Assembly: GCA_018813285.1 (NCBI GenBank)
Contig: JAHJBY010000104.1
Coordinates: forward strand, 1-58,881
Length of the DNA stretch: 58,881 bases
Reading direction: 5' to 3'
Source of the DNA: Candidatus Omnitrophota bacterium
GTDB lineage: Bacteria; Omnitrophota; Gorgyraeia; Tantalellales; Tantalellaceae
Part shown: piece after piece, positions 27,422 to 36,148 of the stretch
Layout of the letters: each line of letters starts with the position of its first letter
Numbering within the stretch: the first letter of the stretch is position 1
The notes under the pieces: generated by a model
Database searches by the model: none
The model's input: only the letters and a program-made list of their open reading frames with translations
Told to the model about the DNA's origin: nothing
Program-made: the position numbers and the translations under genes

Positions 27422-27997
27422 TTACCAAATACCCGGGATCAAACGATATCTGGTTTTATTTACAGCAATAGCCCGGTAAGGCCCTAATGCTAACAGTACA
27501 AAAACGAACATTATCAGTTCGGCAAGATACACAGGGTGACGCACAATAGCATACGGCCCGGTTGCCACTACACCCTGCTCTTCCTCGACTACAATAGTAT
27601 GGGCAGATATTTATTTTCTTTGAAAACAAGAAAAAGAAATACATATCCCGCAAGAAACAGGACCTCCGAAGCAATCATAATAACGAACGGCACTGACGAC
27701 CAACCATAGTGCTTGTCGAGGCCGGAAAATATAAGAAGAGACCGACCGATATGTAAAACATCTTAGCGATAATGCCTTGCTTGGGCTTTTTCTCTTTGAT
27801 ATCCAGTCTTCTTTTCAGCAATTCAGGGCTGCATTTAAAAAGATACAGGGCTATTAAGATCATTGGGATAAGGTCATAAAAACCCATGCCTGCCAATAAA
27901 GAAAAGTCCTTGCCGGGACAAACAGCAACAACGCTGTTGCTACAAGCGCCTTTATGTAGGGCAAAATAGTATTTTTTATCAATGCCTCCTGTTTCAT
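27422..27997 (-). pseudogene. isoprenylcysteine carboxyl methyltransferase (ICMT/PEMT)-family pseudogene with multiple frameshifts
   Basis: Family-typical segments lie in three different frames: MKQEALIK..FVPARTFLYWQAWVF; PELLKRRLDIKEKKPKQ; GLDKHYGWSSVPFVIM; and VVATGPYAIVRHPVYLAELIMF...RYRLIPGIW*. The ATG overlaps the LOG gene stop (ATGA). Confidence 0.6.
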
Positions 27998-29070
27998 GTG
28001 ATTTTAATATCTGAGGAGGCCTGACCCCGGTTATTTGCCTTATTTATAACTCGTATCATCTCGCAAAGTCTACCGTAATCGCGGCGATTGAACTTCATCG
28101 AAAGACGCGGCAAGTCAAGATATTCGCCTCTTTCTCTTTCTACTTTTGCCGGTTGCGAGACCTCTATCTTCCCGGAGGAAAGTATATCCTTAAACTCTCT
28201 ATTTAAAAGTTCTATGTCCCGGGTCGGGATCATTTCTTTGAGACGAATAATGGTCAAATCCCCTAAATACCTCACGGAATGATAGATCTTGTAGAATTCC
28301 TCAATATAAGATACGGCTTCGTTAACATCCCCGGCTATGTAAAAGAGCTTCATATCTTCTTTATTCACATATCCTTTTTTTACCAATTGGTTATTAATAA
28401 AACGTTTCCAGGATGCCCAATAGGTCGATCCTTCAGGCTCCATCAAAACTATGGGCCTTGGCATTGATTTACCGGTTTGGATCAAAGTAAGCGCCTCAAA
28501 TCCCTCGTCATTTGTTCCGAACCCCCCTGGGAAAAGCGTTGTAGCGTCTGTTTCTTTCATGAAAAATAATTTTCTTGTAAAAAAATATTTATAATTGATC
28601 AGCCTCTCTTTCTCGTCCATATAAGGATTCGGTTTCTGCTCAAATGGAAGCCGGATATTCAGGGCGAAATCCTTGCCTCTTTCGGCGCCTTTATTACCGG
28701 CTTCCATTACCCCCGGCCCGCCCCCGGTCACAACCATATAGCCCTTCCGGGTTATCGTTCTCGCAAATGAATCAGCCATCCTATATTCAGCTGATGTTTT
28801 TTTAGACCTGGCAGAACCAAATATGATAACTTTTTTCGTATTTCTGTACTTCGAAAATACCTTGAATGAGTAACGAAACTCCTTGAGGACATTGTTAAGA
28901 AGGTTGATGTCAACTTTGTCTTTTGATTCTATTCCGAGCTTTACAACCGTTGTGAAAATTTCGCGAAAAACAGACCTTGTCTCGGTAGACGCGGAGCGTT
29001 CGACTAATTTATTTATCAAAAGATGAATCTCATCATCCCCGACCTCATATTGTTTCGGTATATTTTTCAT
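27994..29070 (-). CDS. LOG-family (TIGR00730) nucleotide 5'-monophosphate nucleosidase, PpnN-like long form
   Basis: 358 aa with the motifs IIFGSARS, VVTGGGPGVMEAGNKGA and PGGFGTNDEGFEALTLIQTGK. Confidence 0.8.
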   Translation of the reverse strand: MKNIPKQYEVGDDEIHLLINKLVERSASTETRSVFREIFTTVVKLGIESKDKVDINLLNNVLKEFRYSFKVFSKYRNTKKVIIFGSARSKKTSAEYRMADSFARTITRKGYMVVTGGGPGVMEAGNKGAERGKDFALNIRLPFEQKPNPYMDEKERLINYKYFFTRKLFFMKETDATTLFPGGFGTNDEGFEALTLIQTGKSMPRPIVLMEPEGSTYWASWKRFINNQLVKKGYVNKEDMKLFYIAGDVNEAVSYIEEFYKIYHSVRYLGDLTIIRLKEMIPTRDIELLNREFKDILSSGKIEVSQPAKVERERGEYLDLPRLSMKFNRRDYGRLCEMIRVINKANNRGQASSDIKIT

Positions 29071-29397
29071 GTCCCTCCATCATGTTTGCGTATTTAGAAA
29101 CAGTCCCCATAGATACTTCACGTCCGGGGACAGTGATAAATTGGGCGTAATCAGTTTAAGGACCAGCCCTGATTATATATCTTCCACCACTGAACGAACC
29201 ATGCGACCATGATAACTATTAGTCCCACTGTAGCCAGATTAATATCCATAATTACCCCCTTTTACAAGCAAGTATACGCGATTTCATGATTCGAGCAAAA
29301 ATTCTTTGGATCGCAGTAAATAAGCTGCAGTCAGCCTGGGAAGCTCTCTATTCGAAACTTCTGGGAACGGGTTCACACTATGAAATCTGGGATTGAT

Positions 29398-31029
29398 CTA
29401 TGGACGGGTCCCTGGTTGTCCCAATCGATGGCGTCTCTCTTCTATGTTTTTATCGGACAGGTACTCATCATGCGTCGTGTTGACTCTGTCGATGTACCCA
29501 TATGGTGTGATCTCGATAATACGGTTTGCTACTGTCTGAAGCAGTTGATGGTCATGCGACGAAAAAAGAATAGTTCCCTTATATCGATTGAGCCCTTCGT
29601 TCAAGGCCGTGATAGCCTCCAGGTCCAGGTGGTTTGTAGGTTCGTCCAGTATCAGAACATTGGCTTGTACAAGCATCATACGCGCCAACATGCATCTGAC
29701 CTTCTCTCCGCCGGAAAGAACGTTCACTTTTTTAAAGGCTTCATCGCCCGAAAAAAGCATGCGTCCTAAAAACCCGCGCACAAAGGCTTCCTCTGTATTC
29801 TCCGTGTACTGCATAAGCCAATCGATAAGATCGATATTCGCATCAAAATAACCCGTGTTATCTTTGGGATAATACGCTTTTTTTGTCGACACCCCCCAGG
29901 CAACTTTGCCGGCGTCAGGTTTGATCTCGCCCATAAGGACCTGAAATAAAGTCGTCTTGACAAGATCATTTTGACCTACAAAAGCGACCTTATCTCCCTT
30001 TTCTATTCTGATATTCAGATCCTTGAACACGACCTGTCCGTCACGTGACTTGGACAGATTCTCGATGCTCAATATGCTATTTCCGGCGTCGCGCTCTTGT
30101 TCGAAATTTATATACGGATATTTTCTCGAAGACGGCTTTACATCCTCAAGCTTGAGTTTTTCTAAACTTTTTTTGCGGCTGGTGGCCTGCCTTGCCTTGG
30201 AGGCATTGGCGCTGAACCGCGCTATAAACGCCTCAAGCTCTTTACGTTTTTCCATTATCTTTTTATTAGCCTGATTGCGCTGCTCGAGAACAAGTTGACT
30301 TGACTGCATCCAGAAAGTGTAATTCCCCGCATACAACTGTATCTTACCGTAATCGATATCCGCGATATGCGTGCAGACTTTATCAAGAAAATGCCGGTCG
30401 TGAGAAACAACAATAGCGGTATTTTTGAAATTGCATAAAAATCCCTCAAGCCACACGCAGGTCTCCACATCCAGATGGTTTGTAGGTTCATCAAGCAGTA
30501 AAATATCGGGGTTCCCGAAGAGTGCCTGAGCTAAAAGCACGCGGACTTTCTGCCATCCCTCAAGCTGTCTCATCTCAACGTCAAGAAGCTCCTGCGAAAT
30601 ACCTACATTGCTTAACAGTTTAGCCGCGCCGGCTTCGGCATTCCACCCGTCAAGCTCGACGAACTCGCCCTCTATCTCGGCAATTCGCATCCCGTCGTCA
30701 TGGGAAAAATCCCCTTTTTCGTAAAGCGCGTCTTTTTCTGTCATTATGTCATGAAGGCGCCTATGCCCCATTATGACCGTATGAAGAACCGTATATTCAT
30801 CAAAAGCAAATTGATCCTGATTCAGGACCGCTACCCTTTTACCGGGGGTAATAGAAACCTCTCCGGACGAAGTTTCTACATCGCCTGACAATATTTTTAA
30901 AAATGTCGATTTACCCGAACCGTTAGCGCCTATTAATCCATAGCAATTACCCTGTGAAAAAGTGCAATTGACCTTGGAAAAAAGTTTGCGCTTGCCGAAT
31001 TGTAGTGATACGTTGTTAACTGTTATCAT
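29398..31029 (-). CDS. ABC-F family ATPase (YbiT-like)
   Basis: 543 aa with two ABC domains and no TMD. It has GANGSGKST, LLLDEPTNHLD, a linker, LSGGEKVR and LILDEPTNHLD. The second Walker A is degenerate (GQNDLVKTT). Confidence 0.85.
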   Translation of the reverse strand: MITVNNVSLQFGKRKLFSKVNCTFSQGNCYGLIGANGSGKSTFLKILSGDVETSSGEVSITPGKRVAVLNQDQFAFDEYTVLHTVIMGHRRLHDIMTEKDALYEKGDFSHDDGMRIAEIEGEFVELDGWNAEAGAAKLLSNVGISQELLDVEMRQLEGWQKVRVLLAQALFGNPDILLLDEPTNHLDVETCVWLEGFLCNFKNTAIVVSHDRHFLDKVCTHIADIDYGKIQLYAGNYTFWMQSSQLVLEQRNQANKKIMEKRKELEAFIARFSANASKARQATSRKKSLEKLKLEDVKPSSRKYPYINFEQERDAGNSILSIENLSKSRDGQVVFKDLNIRIEKGDKVAFVGQNDLVKTTLFQVLMGEIKPDAGKVAWGVSTKKAYYPKDNTGYFDANIDLIDWLMQYTENTEEAFVRGFLGRMLFSGDEAFKKVNVLSGGEKVRCMLARMMLVQANVLILDEPTNHLDLEAITALNEGLNRYKGTILFSSHDHQLLQTVANRIIEITPYGYIDRVNTTHDEYLSDKNIEERRHRLGQPGTRP

Positions 31030-31271
31030 ATCATTGCTTTTTGTTTACTTAATTACACTGTGTCCGTTTATCCCGGAAACGAAGATAATACACAATCTTG
31101 GGGCTTTTGTAAAGGATTAGAAAAATTTGGACTGGTCCGGGGATTAAAAATAGCTTTCAGATATCAGCTTTGGGATTGATTCGGGATGGTGACACTTGTA
31201 GGGTGGATTTTTTACCAGGTGTAGCTTGGATTCGAGAACCGTCGCCAGAATTCTAATCCATAAAGTATCTG

Positions 31272-31856
31272 CTATATTTTAGCTTTTTTACTGAAGCACT
31301 TCCGCATAAATACTTCAACTAAACGTTCTGATACGAGAGGGATACTTTCCTTCTCAGGCATGATCTTTTTTGTTACCGTGGCCTGAACGCTCTGATCCCA
31401 CATGATTCTCTTACCCCCTATTCTCTTAAAAATCACCTTGCGCGGACCTCTCTCCACCACAAAAACCGCTTCCAATCTGGAGTAGTTCTCTTTTATCATG
31501 GCGTCATACACGCCCGCAGCCGCACTATGCACCATATCTATCGGATCTACTTCTATCCACATGCGTTCTGCAATATCACAACTTATTATGATATCCGCGT
31601 CTTTTTCATCATTAACAATTACAAAATGGATGCTCTTTCTCGCCTCGAGATCGGATTCTAAATCCTTTTTGATAAGCGTCACAAACTCCTCTGAACTCCC
31701 GCTGGAATCTCTTACATCCCGGATATATGTTTTTACTTCGCTTTGGTCTTGCAAGACAGAATACAGGTTCTCCCTTTGTCTGGATTCACCGATCTGGGGA
31801 AAGATCACCTGCATGGCCATTGTCATTGATAAGAGTACCGCAAATTTTTTCTTCAT
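31272..31856 (-). CDS. hypothetical secreted protein
   Basis: 194 aa with an N-terminal signal-like MKKKFAVLLSMTMAMQVIF. No family recognised. Confidence 0.5.
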   Translation of the reverse strand: MKKKFAVLLSMTMAMQVIFPQIGESRQRENLYSVLQDQSEVKTYIRDVRDSSGSSEEFVTLIKKDLESDLEARKSIHFVIVNDEKDADIIISCDIAERMWIEVDPIDMVHSAAAGVYDAMIKENYSRLEAVFVVERGPRKVIFKRIGGKRIMWDQSVQATVTKKIMPEKESIPLVSERLVEVFMRKCFSKKAKI

Positions 31857-31974
31857 AACTTTCTCCTGGTTATTGAACGTTTTCTTTCCCCCATTATACC
31901 CCCCCCAGCATTATATTGGAACATCTATTGCCGTTTATGAAACCGATCCTACAACTGCTTTATTGCTGAAATGT

Positions 31975-32169
31975 GGCCACTTGTGGCAGAGTAGATATAA
32001 AAATTATGTGATACAGAAGGATCTATACCTTATTAATTGTGCCACTTACATAGAAATGAACCCTGTGAGAGCAAAAATGTGCCAACACCCCGAAGATTAT
32101 CCCTGGTGTAGCTACAGGGGAAGAATCATAGGTAAACCAGATGAAATATTAGACGGTTATGTGTTTTGA
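31975..32169 (+). pseudogene. C-terminal remnant of an IS200/RayT-like (Y1/HUH) transposase
   Basis: GHLWQSRYKNYVIQKDLYLINCATYIEMNPVRAKMCQHPEDYPWCSYRG matches the conserved C-terminal block of REP-associated tyrosine transposases. The HUH/Tyr N-terminal part is missing. Confidence 0.55.
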
Positions 32170-32271
32170 AGATACAAGTGTGAGATTAAGACCAGGTACA
32201 GGTGCGGAATTAAAATCAGGTACAGCTATGGGTTTAATTTGATAAACTAAAAAGTGTTACCTATTTACTGA

Positions 32272-32610
32272 GCATATACACCTGTCCCGGCCTGGCAAAT
32301 ATCTACTGAACTGCAAAAACTTTTAGATGATTTTAAATACTGGCTTGAACATAAAACATACAATAATGATGAAATAGCTGTACGTTTTCATCACCGGTTA
32401 GTTTCTGTCCACCCTTTTTCAAATGGTAATGGAAGACACGATAGAATGATGACTAATCTTATTCAAAAACAAATTTTGAATGAAAAGGAATTTAGTTGGG
32501 GGCGTACGGAATTATCACAAGCTGGAGATTGTAGAAAAAGATATATCAAAGTACTGCATGCGGCTGATAGCAATAATTACTCACCATTGCTTGAATTTGC
32601 CCGTTCTTAA
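32272..32610 (+). pseudogene. N-terminally truncated Fic-domain gene (mobile mystery protein B-like)
   Basis: The frame is open from the stop at 32269..32271. It encodes ...FHHRLVSVHPFSNGNGRHDRMMTNL... (Fic motif HPFxxGNGR), but has no in-frame start codon upstream of the motif. Confidence 0.6.
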
Positions 32611-32682
32611 AAATAGACCAAAATAGGGACAGATCTGGAATTGATTTGATAAACGGTACTGTATTTTCGTAAACTCAACCGT

Positions 32683-33729
32683 CTACCCTATCGTGCAGAT
32701 CTTTTTTGTTAACGAATAGGGGATATTGAAAGTTGTTGTTTTGGGGAATCCGGGGAACATGTTCACATCTATGACATACGCTTTCTTTTTATACTTATCC
32801 AGCATCACATCGATACCAGCAAAGTTAAGGTTCAGCGCTTTCATCGCCAGTATGCACTGTTCTTCTATCTTCTTTATTGCGACGCTAGACAATCCTGCCC
32901 GGATGCGGGGAGATCCTTTCGCTCCCTGGGAGATATTTGTGGTTATTGCCCCTGATTTCCCTTTTCTTGGGTATATGTATAAAACCTTGTTTAGAAATAC
33001 GTAAACTCTAAAATCCACGATACAACTGTTCATCTTTAAAGGATCAATCGCTTCTTCCGCTATGATATCCTTCTTAAGCAGTTCCCTCAGGAAAGATCTG
33101 TTCTCCGTAATATCCTTGAAAACCCATCCATAATCCGAATGCTTGCTCGTGATCTTATTGCGGCGTAACTCCAAGTTAGTCTGCCAGTTGCCTTTTTCAA
33201 GATACGTTATGCCCTTCCCCATGGATCCGCATCTTGGTTTTATAAAGATCCTGCCATCCCGTTCCAATATTCTCTTCATGCCTCCGATGCTCCTGGAACT
33301 TACATCACGGGGGATGTTTACACCATTTTTAGATAAAACTTTTTTCATTATGAATTTATCTCTGTATAATGCCGAGGTTTCCGGGTTATTCACAAAAATA
33401 ATCTCGTCTGCAGAAACGGTTTCCTCCAATCTTTTCCGGATAGCCTTCCCGTATTTCATGAATTTTTTATGAAAAGTAAGATTACCGTACATCCCCCTGT
33501 AGGTTTTATGTTCGATCTGGTTATCCCAGTATTTAAACGGGAAGAAGATAAATACTATGACTCTCTCATTTTTTATTACAGGTACTCCTTCGGTAAACAA
33601 CCTGTCAAAATCGATAGACCTGTAAACAAATCCACTGCTTCTTATGACATGTCTCTGCTTATGAAACTTTTCATAAGAATCAAAATCTTTTTTTTCCCCT
33701 ACACTTAATATGGTAGTTCTTCTTCTCAT
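32683..33729 (-). CDS. ATP-grasp (RimK/YheC-D-like) ligase family protein
   Basis: 348 aa with IFIKPRCGSMGKGI, FAGIDVMLD and YVIDVNMFPGFP. The start overlaps the upstream gene stop by 4 nt. Confidence 0.65.
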   Translation of the reverse strand: MRRRTTILSVGEKKDFDSYEKFHKQRHVIRSSGFVYRSIDFDRLFTEGVPVIKNERVIVFIFFPFKYWDNQIEHKTYRGMYGNLTFHKKFMKYGKAIRKRLEETVSADEIIFVNNPETSALYRDKFIMKKVLSKNGVNIPRDVSSRSIGGMKRILERDGRIFIKPRCGSMGKGITYLEKGNWQTNLELRRNKITSKHSDYGWVFKDITENRSFLRELLKKDIIAEEAIDPLKMNSCIVDFRVYVFLNKVLYIYPRKGKSGAITTNISQGAKGSPRIRAGLSSVAIKKIEEQCILAMKALNLNFAGIDVMLDKYKKKAYVIDVNMFPGFPKTTTFNIPYSLTKKICTIG

Positions 33730-35045
33730 GCGAAATATTGCTCCAGATACTTGTAACCTTCCGTAAGTTCTCCACCTTGCACAACTACGGCCTTTCTAAT
33801 CTCAGCAGGAATAACAACATGCTCCGTAATATTAAGGGCCCCGTGCTCAGCCACTTGATAAACATATTCCCGTATGAGCCGGCTGAAACTCTCGGACGAA
33901 TCTTTGGGAAGTTCTGTAGGCAAATTATCAATAGCAAGCATTGTAATCCCCGGCGCTTTATATCCTTTTTTATAAAGATCATGCGAGGGATCATATGTAT
34001 AAACCGGTGATTTCTGGTCGGTAGTTTTATATGTCGCTTCTATTGACCCTCCAATATCGCATGCTATATCCGCGATAAATTTCATCCTGAACCTCTTTTT
34101 ATTGTAATGCTCCTTCAGCATATGTTTGGAAACCATCCTCGGGTAATGTGCATCCCAGTAAGAGGCATTGACCAGAATATTAAGCTTGGATATATATTTA
34201 TCCATGTTGGATTTAAATTTCTCCGGATGTTCAAGGTATTCTTCAAAATAGAATCTTTTCCCTGTTTTGGCCCTTATTTTTTCCTCCCGGTAAAAAATTA
34301 TCATATATATTTTTTTCGCATCCCTCCGGCGTACCTGCACGAACCTGTCTATATCCCTCGGGTGTACTTCTTCCGCTCCCATAAGGCTTAAAACTTCCTG
34401 CACACCGGAACTCACGTTCCCCCTGCCTATTAAACCTGTGATAAAAGGCTTTATTTCGTTTGGCAAACCTTCTGTTGCTATTTTTTCTCTTACCTTTTCC
34501 AGCCCCTTGCGCATATCCTCTGCATCTTTATACTTCCAGCTTTGTTTAAGCGTCAAGAAAGGCGTAAATATACCATCATTCTTCAACTTCCGCGCATAGT
34601 AGTAAAGGCTGTCTACCATACCGCATATTCCGGCGTATTTGCCAAAATGAACCAACCTTTTGCCCCTCTGATCTTTTATCCTCTCATAATCTATCAGGGT
34701 CACGTTTTTCCTTATAAACTCCTTCAGCAGAGTTATATTATTCTTCTGCCCTTTGGCAGTATGTGAAAATATCATATACGTTTTACCGCCTATAATGTTC
34801 GGAGGATCCGGGGATTTCACCCCCACCAATAACGAGGCGGCTTTGATGTTTTTCACTATGACCGCCCCGGCTTTTTCATATTCACTGTCATTGAAAACCC
34901 TTTGAGTATTTGCTTCTACCTCAACTTTGACGTTCCTTTCAACCAGCCACTTAACATCCGGAGGGCTTAACGGAGCACGTTTTTCTCCCGTTATGCTTTT
35001 TTCTCTTAAAATCCCTACAATAAGTGGTTTTCTTGTTCTATCCAT
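33726..35045 (-). CDS. AlaDH/PNT-N-domain protein, lysine-ketoglutarate reductase / saccharopine dehydrogenase-like
   Basis: 439 aa with N-terminal IVGILREKSITGEKRAPLSPPDVKWLVERNVKVEVE..RVFNDSEYEKAGA, typical of LKR/SDH and carboxyethyl-ornithine-synthase-type enzymes. Confidence 0.6.
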   Translation of the reverse strand: MDRTRKPLIVGILREKSITGEKRAPLSPPDVKWLVERNVKVEVEANTQRVFNDSEYEKAGAVIVKNIKAASLLVGVKSPDPPNIIGGKTYMIFSHTAKGQKNNITLLKEFIRKNVTLIDYERIKDQRGKRLVHFGKYAGICGMVDSLYYYARKLKNDGIFTPFLTLKQSWKYKDAEDMRKGLEKVREKIATEGLPNEIKPFITGLIGRGNVSSGVQEVLSLMGAEEVHPRDIDRFVQVRRRDAKKIYMIIFYREEKIRAKTGKRFYFEEYLEHPEKFKSNMDKYISKLNILVNASYWDAHYPRMVSKHMLKEHYNKKRFRMKFIADIACDIGGSIEATYKTTDQKSPVYTYDPSHDLYKKGYKAPGITMLAIDNLPTELPKDSSESFSRLIREYVYQVAEHGALNITEHVVIPAEIRKAVVVQGGELTEGYKYLEQYFA

Positions 35046-35310
35046 AATGTCTGTCCTTTACATGATCACGTGTAAATTTTATCAATGTTCCGATTAATTT
35101 CAATCCTTCGGATATCATTATAGCGTATGGACAGCTAAAAACCAATCCATTCCTCCTCTTCGTCTTAGCAGTCAGGTCTCCACACTTGACAATTCAATCT
35201 TTTTTCTACAGGAAGTATGATCTTAAGACAAAAAGATACAAGGAAAAAAGAAAAGACCGGATGATGATGAAAAAGAAAAACCTGAACCCAAAAAGAAAGG
35301 CGGCGAAGGC

Positions 35311-35387
35311 TGGTGGGCGTGATAGGATTCGAACCTATGACCTCTTCCTTGTAAGGGAAGCACTCTAAACCGCTGAGTTACACGCCC
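35311..35387 (-). tRNA. trnV: tRNA-Val (anticodon UAC), CCA encoded
   Basis: Minus strand GGGCGTG-TA-ACTC-AGCGGTTTA-GAGT-G-CTTCC-CTTACAA-GGAAG-AGGTC-ATAGG-TTCGAAT-CCTAT-CACGCCC-A-CCA folds as a full cloverleaf. Confidence 0.92.
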
Positions 35388-35438
35388 TCGCAGTTCCGAC
35401 ATTATATACTACACGTCTGTCTCTGTCAAACTAACCCG

Positions 35439-35876
35439 CTATTGCGGAAGGGCTGTCAGCATAAATACCATCACAAAAAGAGCCACGGTTTCGATAACAC
35501 CCACAACCATGATGTAATTACTAAACCCTTTCCCTGTTTCAGCAAGGGCGTCTGCCGCGCTCGCGCCGGCCTTCCCCTGCATCCACGCCGACATGCCCAT
35601 CGCGACGCCGGCAGCCAACCCCATTAGCATTAACGCGGCCTGATTTGAAGCGGCAAAGTTCGCCGATTTGATGGCGTTCCTTAGGATCATCCCGTAGATC
35701 GTCTGGGACAACGGTGCCCCGACAAACGCGATCAGTATAAAAGGAGCCGCTTTGTTCTGTATAAAAGACCTTTTCCACGCGCCGATCGCCGCCATCCCCG
35801 CCACACCCGTACCGAGGGCAGATCCGATAGCCGCGAATGTTAATGAAAACCCCGCGTCTCCTAATCCCTGAACCAT
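35439..35876 (-). CDS. atpK: V-type ATPase proteolipid subunit K
   Basis: 145 aa, four hydrophobic helices, with a conserved carboxylate in the last helix (VGVIETVALF). AGGAGG RBS. Confidence 0.85.
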   Translation of the reverse strand: MVQGLGDAGFSLTFAAIGSALGTGVAGMAAIGAWKRSFIQNKAAPFILIAFVGAPLSQTIYGMILRNAIKSANFAASNQAALMLMGLAAGVAMGMSAWMQGKAGASAADALAETGKGFSNYIMVVGVIETVALFVMVFMLTALPQ

Positions 35877-35960
35877 GTCTTTCCTCCTATCTTAAATTAT
35901 TGTCTGTTCACAATCCACTTTAAGGGCGGGGAAACCCCACCCTACTGATTAACCATCTTT

Positions 35961-36094
35961 TAGTTTCTGGTACTCCGTCAAGGCTCAAATGAGGGGCGTC
36001 ATTTTATAGATTCCCGCTTTCGCGGGAATGACAGAATAGTATGACTGGCAAAATTACCCCTCAATTCATCGTTGACAGAGCACTAGTTTCTGGT
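35961..36094. mobile_element. MITE-like insertion (112 nt) flanked by an 11-bp direct repeat, between atpI and atpK
   Basis: TAGTTTCTGGT occurs at 35961..35971 and 36084..36094. Imperfect terminal inverted repeats lie at 35972..35996 and 36057..36083 (about 19/24). There is an internal TTCCCGC-TTTC-GCGGGAA hairpin. Confidence 0.5.
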
Positions 36095-36148
36095 TTCTGG
36101 TTTTTAGAGTATCTATTAAGCGCTAAAAACTAACAACCAACAACAATC

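Noticed and set aside
31225-31250. GGATTCGAGAACC resembling a tRNA T-arm/3' end, which could be the distal att site of an island anchored at tRNA-Val.
   Set aside because: It does not match the tRNA-Val 3' sequence (GGATTCGAACCTATCACGCCCACCA) beyond about 10 nt and contains an indel. The evidence is insufficient.
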